Source: an uncultured Archaeoglobaceae archaeon (GTDB taxonomy: Archaea; Halobacteriota; Archaeoglobi; Archaeoglobales; Archaeoglobaceae). Taken from it: a stretch of DNA of 42,106 nt. The notes under the pieces are model-generated. The model saw nothing but the letters and a program-made list of their open reading frames with translations, did not search any database and was not told the origin of the DNA. A program made the position numbers and the translations under genes. Below are positions 22,596-31,692 of this stretch, in pieces. The stretch is taken from contig CALIUJ010000109.1 in assembly GCA_938048785.1 (NCBI GenBank), positions 1 through 42,106 of the forward strand, written 5' to 3'. The stretch's first letter is position 1; each line of letters begins with the position of its first letter.

Positions 22596-22616
22596 TTAGA
22601 AAATGAAAAATGGAAT

Positions 22617-23651
22617 ATGGTGAAAGTTAGGGTGCTGGTGTTCTTAGCTCTGCTCGCAATAGCCATCGTTTTGTCTGGTTGTCAGCAACCTTCTCCACCA
22701 GCTACTCCGACACCAACTCCAACGCCGGTAACACAAGCACCTTCTTCGATTACTATCGCTTCTGGAACCGTAGGTGGCGTTTACATCTACTATTGCTCTG
22801 GACTTGCATCGATTTATTCGAAATACCTCAACGTAAGCGCAAACGCCGTGCAAACGAAGGCGAGCGTCGACAACTTGCTTTACGTCTACAAATCCCCATC
22901 TGATACGATTGGAATAGCTCTGATAAAAAGCGTCGACGACGCTTGGACTGGAAAACTCGCTGCATTTGAGAACAAGTCTCAAAACTGGATTAGAGTGCTT
23001 TGGGTTCCATACTCCACGCCTATACACATAGTGACAAGAGCGGATAGTGGTATAAAGACGGTTTACGATCTAAAGGGAAAAAGAGTCTCAACGAGTGCGC
23101 CGGGAAGCGGAACGGAAGTTGATGCTTTTGCAATTTTAAGCGCTGCCGGAATCGACCCATCGAAGGACTTTACAGTTTGGCAAAGGATCGGAGCTAAGGA
23201 ATCCGCGGATGCGTTGCTTGATGATAAGATCGATGCATACTTCTGGAGCGGAACAATTCCGACTGCATCGGTTTCAGAGCTTGCGACGAATCTAAAGCAG
23301 AGAGGAAAACAGATAGCGTTTGTCGAAGTTCCAAACGATGTTGTGAAGAAGCTCAACGAAATGTATCCCGGGCTCTACGTTCCAGATGTTATGAAAAAAG
23401 AGTTCTATGGCTCACCAGCGGATGTGCAAACAGTTTCAACTTTGAACGTGATTTTCTGCCACAAGGATTTGCCAGAGGAGTTCGTTTACAAACTCGTTAA
23501 AACCACGTTCGAACATCTCGACGAACTATACGCTGTGCATCCAGCTGCAAAGCAGACAACGCTCGAAAATGCTGTAGTCTACAAGGGCAACGTCCCATAC
23601 CATCCGGGGGCGATAAAGTTCTTCAAGGAGAAGGGAGTCTGGAAAGAATGA
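22617..23651 (+). CDS. TAXI-family TRAP transporter solute-binding lipoprotein
   Basis: Lipobox LSGC, PTPTPTP linker, SGTVGGVY, ASVDN, DLKGKRVS, GSGT, PYHPGA. Confidence 0.92.
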   Translation: MVKVRVLVFLALLAIAIVLSGCQQPSPPATPTPTPTPVTQAPSSITIASGTVGGVYIYYCSGLASIYSKYLNVSANAVQTKASVDNLLYVYKSPSDTIGIALIKSVDDAWTGKLAAFENKSQNWIRVLWVPYSTPIHIVTRADSGIKTVYDLKGKRVSTSAPGSGTEVDAFAILSAAGIDPSKDFTVWQRIGAKESADALLDDKIDAYFWSGTIPTASVSELATNLKQRGKQIAFVEVPNDVVKKLNEMYPGLYVPDVMKKEFYGSPADVQTVSTLNVIFCHKDLPEEFVYKLVKTTFEHLDELYAVHPAAKQTTLENAVVYKGNVPYHPGAIKFFKEKGVWKE

Positions 23652-24043
23652 GATTAGCAATTTTTTTGCTATTCTTACCTTTTTTTGTCTCGGAGATTCA
23701 AGAATCTGCGATTTGCGTCGAAGAAATCGAATCTGGAGAAACTGCGAAGTTCTTCGTTTTTGAATTCCTACTCGAGTTTAAGCACTCGATTTATGGAGGT
23801 AGTGTTATGCTCAATTGCAAAGTTGCGGATAAAAAAATCGTGATCCTAAGTTTGGAGAGCGATGATGAGGCATCTATTTCTTACTACACGGATCGCTACG
23901 AACGCATCGGAAACAGATTTGTTGCGGAAATCGATGAAAAGTTGAACGCGATAATATTAAACGATGGCTGGAGAGTAAAGATTCAGGGTAGCGAATTTGA
24001 AACAAGATCTCCAATCAAGATCTCTCCCTGCATGGGTGGTTGA
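23648..24043 (+). CDS. Small TAXI-TRAP-associated protein (DUF1850-like)
   Basis: FKHSI motif; position between TAXI binding protein and fused permease. Confidence 0.6.
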   Translation: MRLAIFLLFLPFFVSEIQESAICVEEIESGETAKFFVFEFLLEFKHSIYGGSVMLNCKVADKKIVILSLESDDEASISYYTDRYERIGNRFVAEIDEKLNAIILNDGWRVKIQGSEFETRSPIKISPCMGG

Positions 24044-26074
24044 ATGAGTTTCGCAAAGTTTTTCGGAGGTTTTCTGGCGTTTTACAGCATCTTTATCTTT
24101 TTCTACCCTTATTTCATACCTTATCTGATTTGGTTACCCGCAGAAATTCGATACTGCTTCGATCAGGTGCATTTGATAAGAGGAATTCACCTAATGCTAT
24201 GCATTGGAGCGCTCGGTTTCATGGCGTATGGGAAAAAAACAAGCCTTACGAGCAACTTGATTCTTTCAGCACTGTCCCTGCCTTGTGCCCTTATTCTTGC
24301 AGTCACGGTAAAAGACCTTCTCGTTTCCTCTCTTATCCTCTTGCTTTGGTTCTCTACTTTTCCACTCGACGCAGTCCTTGGATTTTTTAAGAAAAGAGTC
24401 GACTGGAAGTTCGTGCTACTGTTGCTCTACATCCCCGCAACCCTATACTTGATAGTGGACTACGAGAAAATACTCTACAGAGTAGTTTTTCCAACGAGTC
24501 TCGACGTCTTAGTTGGCTGGACAATGATTCTGCTTCTTCTATACGCTACGAACGTAAAAATAGGCTGGCCTTTACCTGCAATAGTTCTTGTATTCATCCT
24601 ATACACTCTCTTTGGGAGCAACGTTCCACCACCGATAGGACACAATTTCCGTGACATTCCCTTGGCGATCGGAAAGAGCTGGATGGAAACCGAAGCGGGG
24701 ATCTTCGGTCTCCCCCTCGGAGTTTCTGCGAAGTACATAGTTTACTTCACGATCCTTGCAGGTGTTCTGCAGGCGATCGGAATAACGAAGTTCATCTCGG
24801 ATCTGTCATCCGCTTTTCTCGGCAAGTCTCCACAAGGTGTTGGTAGGGCTACGACTGTTTACTCTGCGATAATGGGAATGGTTTCTGGTTCTGGTGTTGC
24901 GATAACAACAACTGTGACCACTACGATGCTCTCTTCTTTCAAAAGAGCTGGTTACGATGAAAAATTTGCTTCCGCCTTTATGGCTGGAACAGGCACCGCA
25001 GCTTTGATAACACCACCAATTCTCGGCGCGGCTGCGTTTATCATGATGGAGGTCATGGGAATAGATTACAAGACTCTGATAATAATGACAATTCTCCCCG
25101 CGGTTCTCTATTACCTTTCGCTTCAGATCTACCTCGAGCTTTATACGAAGAAAATAGGGCTTAAGGAGCAATTAGAAGTAAAGAAAAAGAGCAAAAAGGA
25201 AGTTTTGAAAGAAATCTACCTTCTTTCACCGATTGTGCTTTTGATCCTTATGATTTTCCAAGGTTACACGATCGCAACGTCTGTGATAAGTGCAACTTTT
25301 TTAGCGGTTGCGATCGGAGTTCTAAGAAAAGCAAAGCTCTCAGAAATTGCCAAAGGTTTTAGCAACGGAGCATTAGATGTTATACCCGTAGCCCTTGCAA
25401 CCGCTTGTGCGGGCATGATATTACACTCGCTATTGGTCACTGGGCTTGGAATGAAGATCGAGGAAATCGTGCGCTTTGTCAGCGCGGGTAATTACTACAT
25501 AACTTTGCTCCTTCTCGCAATCTTCACACTAATCCTTGGCATGGGCGTGCCACCAACAGCGTCTTATGTCATAGTTTCAGCTCTCGTTATTCCAGCTGCG
25601 ATCAAGCTCGCGGTTTTGAACGGTTTTCCCGAAAGCATCGCGCATTACAGCGTGCACGTCTTTGCATTTTACTACGCGGTTCTCGCGGACGTAACTCCAC
25701 CAGTTGCTCTCGCAGCTTATGCAGCAGCTTCGATCGCCGGATTGAATCCGCTGAGAGTTGCGGTTTTAGCTGCGAAGATAGCGATTATAAAATACCTGAT
25801 CGCCTTCACGTTCGTTTTAGCCCCCGTAGGAGCGGCGTTGCTGATAGTTCCGTATATCGATTCTCCTTTCGAGATACTCCTACGAACGTTCTTTGTCATC
25901 GTCGCAATTGTTGCTATAAACAGTGCCACGGTTGGTTTCTTCAGAAAGAATTTGAATTATGCGAAAAGAGCAATTCTTTTCTTCGCGGGATTGCTTTTAA
26001 TAGCTCCATTCGCAATCACAAACGTTCTTGGGTTGATTTTAACTGCAATTGTGCTTGGACTTGAATTCCGTTAA
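24044..26074 (+). CDS. TRAP transporter fused permease (4TM/12TM)
   Basis: GIFGLPLGVSA, MGMVSGSG, PPILGAAAFIM, LGMGVPPTASY, TPPVALAAYAAA. Confidence 0.94.
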   Translation: MSFAKFFGGFLAFYSIFIFFYPYFIPYLIWLPAEIRYCFDQVHLIRGIHLMLCIGALGFMAYGKKTSLTSNLILSALSLPCALILAVTVKDLLVSSLILLLWFSTFPLDAVLGFFKKRVDWKFVLLLLYIPATLYLIVDYEKILYRVVFPTSLDVLVGWTMILLLLYATNVKIGWPLPAIVLVFILYTLFGSNVPPPIGHNFRDIPLAIGKSWMETEAGIFGLPLGVSAKYIVYFTILAGVLQAIGITKFISDLSSAFLGKSPQGVGRATTVYSAIMGMVSGSGVAITTTVTTTMLSSFKRAGYDEKFASAFMAGTGTAALITPPILGAAAFIMMEVMGIDYKTLIIMTILPAVLYYLSLQIYLELYTKKIGLKEQLEVKKKSKKEVLKEIYLLSPIVLLILMIFQGYTIATSVISATFLAVAIGVLRKAKLSEIAKGFSNGALDVIPVALATACAGMILHSLLVTGLGMKIEEIVRFVSAGNYYITLLLLAIFTLILGMGVPPTASYVIVSALVIPAAIKLAVLNGFPESIAHYSVHVFAFYYAVLADVTPPVALAAYAAASIAGLNPLRVAVLAAKIAIIKYLIAFTFVLAPVGAALLIVPYIDSPFEILLRTFFVIVAIVAINSATVGFFRKNLNYAKRAILFFAGLLLIAPFAITNVLGLILTAIVLGLEFR

Positions 26075-26082
26075 TTTATTTT

Positions 26083-26112
26083 TTGGTTATTGATTGCCGA
26101 AAAATTTATTTA
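26083..26112 (+). promoter_or_regulatory. Operator-like motif TTGGTTATTGATTGCCGA plus BRE/TATA of the acyl-CoA dehydrogenase gene
   Basis: Reverse complement TCGGCAATCAATAACCAA resembles 22566-22583; same 4-nt gap to TATA (TTTATTTA). Confidence 0.5.
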
Positions 26113-26142
26113 TGACTTTACCAATGGTCTTTTGGTGGGAGC

Positions 26143-27327
26143 ATGTTTAGAGGGGTTGATTTCTACAACATAGACGAGCTTCTAACAGAAGAGGAACGCC
26201 TCGTGAGGAGTTCGGTTAGAGAATTCTTAGAAAAAGAGATTGCACCGTTGATCGCAGACGCTTGGCATAAGGAAGAACCGGTGAATTTCAGAGAAGTTGG
26301 TAAAAAATTCGGAGAACTCGGCATGCTCGGTGCCTTCATCCCAGAGGAATACGGATGCCCAGGGATGAACTACACGAGCTTTGGTTTGATCTGCCAAGAG
26401 GTGGAAAGAGTTGACAGCGCTCTGCGTAGCTTTGTCGCTGTCACTTCTGGGCTTGTTATGTTTCCAATTTGGAAATATGGTAGTGAAGAACAAAAGAAGA
26501 AATACCTTCCGAAGCTTGCAAAAGGGGAAATAATCGGTTGCTTTGGCATGACCGAGCCAAACGTAGGCAGTGATCCAGCGAGCATGGAAACCACTGCAAG
26601 AAAAGATGGCGACGAGTGGGTTTTGAATGGAACAAAGACTTGGATTAGCGAAGCTGAGATTGCAGACATCGCAATTATCTGGGCAAGAGATGTCTCGGAT
26701 GGAAAGATAAAGGGATTTGTGGTTGAGCGTGGAACAAAGGGCTTCAAACAATCAGCAATTACGAAAAAAGGCTCGATGCGCGCTGGTGATGTAGGAGAAC
26801 TTTATCTGACTGACTGCAGAATTCCTGAAGAGAATAGGTTGCCAAACGCAGTCGGTCTTAGAACTGCGCTGAGCTGTCTCGACCAAGCAAGATTCGGAAT
26901 TTCCTGGGGTGCGATTGGTGCAGCGATGGATTGCTACGAAACCGCTTTAAACTATGCGAAGAACAGAAAGCAGTTCGGAGCTCCAATTGCTTCTTATCAA
27001 CTCGTCCAAGCAAAGCTCGTGGACATGTTCACTGAAATCACAAAGGGACAGCTCGTAGCCTGGCGTTTGGGAAGATTGATGGACCAAGGTAAAGCAACCG
27101 CAGAACAAATATCTTTTGCAAAGAGGAACAACGTTCGTGTAGCGAGATTCTGCGCAAGAACTGCGAGGGAAATACTTGGGGCGAATGGCGTAAGCTTAGA
27201 TTACTCCCCAATAAGACATATGGCAAACATAGAAAGCGTTTACACATATGAAGGAACCGATGACATACACACGCTTATTCTCGGTAGATATATAACTGGG
27301 ATTCAGGCGTTTAGGAGGGAGTTGTGA
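26143..27327 (+). CDS. gcdH: Acyl-CoA dehydrogenase, glutaryl-CoA dehydrogenase type
   Basis: EVERVDSALRS, GCFGMTEPNVGSDP, ILGANG, TYEGTDDIHTLILGR match GCDH signatures. Confidence 0.85.
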   Translation: MFRGVDFYNIDELLTEEERLVRSSVREFLEKEIAPLIADAWHKEEPVNFREVGKKFGELGMLGAFIPEEYGCPGMNYTSFGLICQEVERVDSALRSFVAVTSGLVMFPIWKYGSEEQKKKYLPKLAKGEIIGCFGMTEPNVGSDPASMETTARKDGDEWVLNGTKTWISEAEIADIAIIWARDVSDGKIKGFVVERGTKGFKQSAITKKGSMRAGDVGELYLTDCRIPEENRLPNAVGLRTALSCLDQARFGISWGAIGAAMDCYETALNYAKNRKQFGAPIASYQLVQAKLVDMFTEITKGQLVAWRLGRLMDQGKATAEQISFAKRNNVRVARFCARTAREILGANGVSLDYSPIRHMANIESVYTYEGTDDIHTLILGRYITGIQAFRREL

Positions 27328-27328
27328 T

Positions 27329-28513
27329 TTGAAACCCTTCGAAGATTTGCTCGTGCTCGAACTTGGGCAAGCAGTCGCGGGTCCTTACATCGGAACCCTG
27401 CTCGGTGATTTAGGTGCGGAAGTCATCCACATAGAGCGCCCTAAGATAGGGGATTTAGCAAGGCACTGGATACCGATTAGAAACGATTTGAGCTTTTACT
27501 TCGCAGTCGTAAATAGGAACAAGAAGTCGATGACGCTCGATCTTAAAAGCAACGAGGGAAGAGAGATTTTTCTTAAACTCGCAGAGAAAGCGGATGTAAT
27601 AGTTGAGAACTTTGTTCCCGGTGTTGTGGATTCGCTCGGAATTGGGTATGAGGTCGTTAGGAAGGTGAATCCCAGGATCATATATTGTCACGTCTCTGGG
27701 TTTGGACAAAACGGCCCTTATCGCGATCGTCCAGCGTTTGATCAGCTTATCCAAGGCGAAGCTGGGATAATAAGTTACACCGGAACTCGTGAAGTTTGTT
27801 GCAAGATAAACGTGCCAATAACGGACATCCTTGCTTCGATGTATGGTGTTTATGCGGTCTTGGCTTCTTTGCTCGCGCGGGAAAAGACTGGAAAAGGAGC
27901 TGAGATCGACATATCGCTTTTCGACTGCGCAGTTACGATGATGACAAATTTGATGAACATGGTGATCGTAGAGGGAATGAGGGATGAAGACCTTCGAATG
28001 GGGACGAAGTATTTCCTCGCAACGCCATATGAGCCGTATCCAGCGGGAGACGGAAAGCTTGTAAACATCGTAGTTGCAACGGAATGGCATTGGGAAGCTT
28101 TTTGCAAAGCGGTTGGACTTGAGAACTTGTTGAACGATGAAAGGTTTAAGACGAATCAACAGAGATTGAAGCATAGGGAAGAGCTTGAAAGGATAATAGT
28201 GGAGAAGCTCAAGGAGAAAAAGCGAGACGAGTGGATAGAGATCCTTCTGAGGGCTGGAGTTCCTTGTGGAGCGGTGAATGATATAGAGGAGGTTTTGGAG
28301 CATCCGCAGACGAAGTTTAGAAATGTAGTTGTAGAAGTAGAATATCCGGGGCTTGGGAAGATAAAGATGTTCAACAATCCCGTTAAGATCTCTGGACACG
28401 AGTTCAAGGTTCAACGTCCTCCAAAGCTCGGAGAGCACACGGAAGAGATTTTGCTGAGCCTTGGATACACGAAAGACGAGCTCGAAAGATTGAGGGCAAA
28501 GAACGTAATCTAA
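27329..28513 (+). CDS. Family III (CaiB/BaiF) CoA transferase
   Basis: AGPY, LGAEVIHIERP, NRNKKS, ENFVPG, SGFGQNGPY, PPKLGEHT; TTG start. Confidence 0.93.
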   Translation: MKPFEDLLVLELGQAVAGPYIGTLLGDLGAEVIHIERPKIGDLARHWIPIRNDLSFYFAVVNRNKKSMTLDLKSNEGREIFLKLAEKADVIVENFVPGVVDSLGIGYEVVRKVNPRIIYCHVSGFGQNGPYRDRPAFDQLIQGEAGIISYTGTREVCCKINVPITDILASMYGVYAVLASLLAREKTGKGAEIDISLFDCAVTMMTNLMNMVIVEGMRDEDLRMGTKYFLATPYEPYPAGDGKLVNIVVATEWHWEAFCKAVGLENLLNDERFKTNQQRLKHREELERIIVEKLKEKKRDEWIEILLRAGVPCGAVNDIEEVLEHPQTKFRNVVVEVEYPGLGKIKMFNNPVKISGHEFKVQRPPKLGEHTEEILLSLGYTKDELERLRAKNVI

Positions 28514-28576
28514 TTTTTTTGTAATGTAATTACACTTTGAGAACGCTTATATTCTATGCGATGTAAATCGATATAG

Positions 28577-29290
28577 ATGGAACAAAGGTTAACTCTGAAA
28601 CGTAGCATCCCCACCGGGATCGCCCTTCTCGACAAAAGGCTTGACGGCGGTCTACCTGCGGGAAGTTTCGTTTGTCTTTACGCGGACCCAATTGCTATGC
28701 CTGAAGCCTTCCTTTATCAGTTTGCAAACGCTGGAAAAAGCTTCTACATAACTACAAATCGTCCTGCGAAATACATTGCCCGGGACATGGAGATGTTGCG
28801 ATTCAATCCAAAAAGCATCGTTTTTGTCGACGTTTTTACTCAATACTACCTCAACGAATACGGACAGTTCGTTATCGAGGACAGATACAGAGACAAGGAG
28901 ATCTTCGACTTTCTCGCGGACAGATTTGCTGAGCTCAACGGACAAGTTGGTGAATTCGTGATAGTCGTTGACAGCCTTTCCTTCTTCTTAAACCTGAACG
29001 TCGAATGGGGATTGAAGGAATGGCTCATGAACCGCTTGTATTCGATCGCGAGGGAGAAGGGGAATATCGCTTATGTTTACCTGGTGAAAAACATTCATCC
29101 GATGAGCGTGGTAACTCGAGTTCTCGACCTTTCCGATGTCGTGATCAACGTAGAAGCGGAGAGAGTTGGAGAAAGGATAGTGACAAAATTCGCACTTCCG
29201 AAGATAAGGGGCAAAAAGCCAATACCTGAGTTCTTCAGATTTGTCGTCGACGAAGGTGTCCAAATAGACACCTCGAGGGACATCGCTTAG
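28577..29290 (+). CDS. KaiC/RAD55-like RecA-fold protein with degenerate Walker A
   Basis: IPTGIALLDKRLDGGLP, IVVDSLS, KIRG; P-loop region reads YADPIAMPE. Confidence 0.83.
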   Translation: MEQRLTLKRSIPTGIALLDKRLDGGLPAGSFVCLYADPIAMPEAFLYQFANAGKSFYITTNRPAKYIARDMEMLRFNPKSIVFVDVFTQYYLNEYGQFVIEDRYRDKEIFDFLADRFAELNGQVGEFVIVVDSLSFFLNLNVEWGLKEWLMNRLYSIAREKGNIAYVYLVKNIHPMSVVTRVLDLSDVVINVEAERVGERIVTKFALPKIRGKKPIPEFFRFVVDEGVQIDTSRDIA

Positions 29291-30033
29291 CATTCGCACC
29301 TAAAATCGTAGCTTATCACGCCATTCCTGAGTATTCCGATTTTTTCGATCTCCACTTCAACAACGTCTCCCGCTTTCAAAGCTCCAATTCCCGCTGGAGT
29401 TCCGGTTGCGATAACGTCAAATGCTTCGAGGGTCATTATCGAGGAAACGAACTCTATTAGCGTTGGGACGTCGAAGATCATGTTCGAAGTGCTCGACTTC
29501 TGTTTGACGATTCCGTTGACCCTTGTCTCTATTCTTAGCTTCGAAGCATCTTCGAGCTCCGCGATGAAGGGACCTATTGGAGCAAAGGTGTCGAAGCTCT
29601 TTGCTCTTGTCCACTGAACGTCTTTTGCTTGCAAGTCCCTTGCGGTGACATCGTTGAAGCAAGTGTAGCCAAGGATGAACTCCTGGGCTCTCTCCTTTGA
29701 AACGTTTTTGCACCTCTTTTTTATCACAACCGCGAGTTCTCCTTCGTAGTCAACTCTCTTGCTCTGTCTGGGTAAGATTATGGGGTCATCGCTTCCAATA
29801 ACTGCGCTTGGCGGTTTAAGAAAGATTATTGGCTCTTCGGGAAGGGGCAAGTGTAGCTCGTTCGCGTGATCCATGTAGTTAAGCCCAACCGCAATTATCT
29901 TCCCCGGTGTAACGGGTGGCAAGAACTTCACGGAGCTCAATGGAAATTCTAAGGAATCGAAGATCAGAATACCTTTTGAGATCTCGAATCTTCCTTCGTA
30001 GATCTTACCGTTTGCAACGAATCTGCCGATCAT
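29287..30033 (-). CDS. Fumarylacetoacetate hydrolase family protein
   Basis: VGLNYMDH, DYEGEL, NDVTARD, RAKSFDTF, ATGTPAG. Confidence 0.94.
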   Translation of the reverse strand: MIGRFVANGKIYEGRFEISKGILIFDSLEFPLSSVKFLPPVTPGKIIAVGLNYMDHANELHLPLPEEPIIFLKPPSAVIGSDDPIILPRQSKRVDYEGELAVVIKKRCKNVSKERAQEFILGYTCFNDVTARDLQAKDVQWTRAKSFDTFAPIGPFIAELEDASKLRIETRVNGIVKQKSSTSNMIFDVPTLIEFVSSIMTLEAFDVIATGTPAGIGALKAGDVVEVEIEKIGILRNGVISYDFRCEC

Positions 30034-30545
30034 TTTAACGCCTCGATTTCTTTTTTGAAGAAATCTACTTGTTCCTTGTTTATGTCTGCAAAAATCACCT
30101 TTTTCAGCTTGGTCCCAAGTTCTATGTGCTTCTTTAACTCTTCAACCATGATCTTCGCAACCAAATCCTTTGGCAAACCACCAACCCCAGTTCCGAGGGC
30201 TGGAAAGGCGATGCTTTCGATTCCGAGCTCTTCAGCTTTTTTAAGCGCCGCAATCATCGCTTTTCTAACTTTTTCTTCATCCGTCTTAAAATCGAGCTCC
30301 ATCGTTGGTGCGTGGATCACGAACTTCGCCTTTAACTTTCCCGCGGAAGTTACGATTGCTTCTCCGATTTTTATCGGACCTTTTTTCACCGCCTCCTTCT
30401 CTATTTCTTCCCCACCTGCCCTCTTTATCGCTCCCGCAACCCCACCGCCCATGTAGAGATGCGTGTTCGCAGCGTTAACGATCGCATCAACCTCGAGCTT
30501 TGTGATATCTCCATGCAAAGCTTCGATCTGAACACCGTGGAACAT
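30030..30545 (-). CDS. Macro domain (ADP-ribose-binding/hydrolase) protein; start ATG 30545 or TTG 30563
   Basis: GDIT, DAIVNAAN, GGGVAGAI, VIHA, AFPALGTGVGG. Confidence 0.93.
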   Translation of the reverse strand: MFHGVQIEALHGDITKLEVDAIVNAANTHLYMGGGVAGAIKRAGGEEIEKEAVKKGPIKIGEAIVTSAGKLKAKFVIHAPTMELDFKTDEEKVRKAMIAALKKAEELGIESIAFPALGTGVGGLPKDLVAKIMVEELKKHIELGTKLKKVIFADINKEQVDFFKKEIEALK

Positions 30546-30617
30546 GAAAAAAGTGATTTCCAAACTAAAAAAGCTTTTCAGTCGAAAAATACAAGTGTTG
30601 TATCGGGAATATTATAC

Positions 30618-31175
30618 GTGAAGCTTTGGCTCTTTGCACTCGTTGGTGTAGCCATCGGATTTTTTACTGCGAGCGTCGCGATAAACGTTGCTCCAGATCT
30701 CCTATGGGTTCAAAACGATGTCTGGATGACTTCTCTTGTAGCGGGTTCAGAACAAGCGGATCCCTATACGAGGGCGATCGTTGCAAAGAATTACCTCTAC
30801 ATTCTCAACAGAAGTGAGGCGGTTTACTTCATAGCTAAGAGCGATGGTGAGAAAGAGCTCGATAGAAACTGCGACTACAAGTTGGTTGGCAGAGATCTGC
30901 CAGCGAGATGGTGGAGCATCACGGCTTACGGGGAAGACAACTTTCTGATACCAAACGAGCACAACGTCTATTCAATAACGTCTGCAAACGTTGTAAAAAA
31001 CGGTGATTCGTGGGAAATACACGTCTCGAAGGAGCAGAAGGGGAAAAACTGGATTCCGCTAAGAGGGGAGGGGAAATTCTACTTAACTCTTAGGCTTTAC
31101 AACCCACACAGCGTAGTTTATGATAAGATAACCGAGATCGAGCTTCCGAAAATAATAAGGGAGGGATGCAGATGA
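30618..31175 (+). CDS. DUF1214-domain protein, membrane-anchored; start GTG 30618
   Basis: N-terminal TM; ARWWSITAY, NWIP, LTLRLYNP, LPKI. Confidence 0.8.
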   Translation: MKLWLFALVGVAIGFFTASVAINVAPDLLWVQNDVWMTSLVAGSEQADPYTRAIVAKNYLYILNRSEAVYFIAKSDGEKELDRNCDYKLVGRDLPARWWSITAYGEDNFLIPNEHNVYSITSANVVKNGDSWEIHVSKEQKGKNWIPLRGEGKFYLTLRLYNPHSVVYDKITEIELPKIIREGCR

Positions 31176-31690
31176 GAGCAAAGGGATTTGTGGTTTTGAT
31201 AACCTTCGCAGTATTGAGCCATTTCGCATTCGTTTACGCTTACCCTTACATCGTCGTGACCTCAAGTTACTTCGCCACAAAAAATGAAGTGAAGGTCAAC
31301 GAAGCTTACCATCAGAAGCCAATCGATGCGAGTTTCAAGAAAGTCGTGATGCCAAGCCCAGACATTCTTTACTCCGCTTGTGTTTACGACATAAGCAAAT
31401 CGGATTTGTTGATCAAAGCAAGGGTTCCGAAGTTCACGTATTGGTCCGCATCTTTCTACTCCATCAGCACGGACAACTTCTTCACGATCAACGATAGAAT
31501 GGTGAAGGGAGAAGACATTACACTGATATTGACAACCGATAAAAGTTGTAAGAACGAGAGCTGTGTGATCTCGCCAAGCGATAGGGGAATCGTCATCTTC
31601 CGCATCTTTATTCCAGATCAATCGATGCTCCCCAGTTTAATCGAGTTTCAAAAGTCTATAGAGTGCAAGGAAATTTCGAGGAGTCGTTGA
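31172..31690 (+). CDS. DUF1254-domain protein, membrane-anchored
   Basis: VVMPSPDILYSACVYDI, YWSASFY, DNFFTIND; ATGA overlap. Confidence 0.78.
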   Translation: MRAKGFVVLITFAVLSHFAFVYAYPYIVVTSSYFATKNEVKVNEAYHQKPIDASFKKVVMPSPDILYSACVYDISKSDLLIKARVPKFTYWSASFYSISTDNFFTINDRMVKGEDITLILTTDKSCKNESCVISPSDRGIVIFRIFIPDQSMLPSLIEFQKSIECKEISRSR

Positions 31691-31692
31691 AA

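Noticed and set aside
22690..22730. Low-complexity ACTCC/ACACC repeats
   Set aside because: They encode the ordinary Pro-Thr linker of the lipoprotein.
27455..28438. 327-aa antisense ORF
   Set aside because: Shadow of the CoA transferase gene with no motifs; the same applies to other antisense ORFs such as 3450-4106 and 11879-12565.
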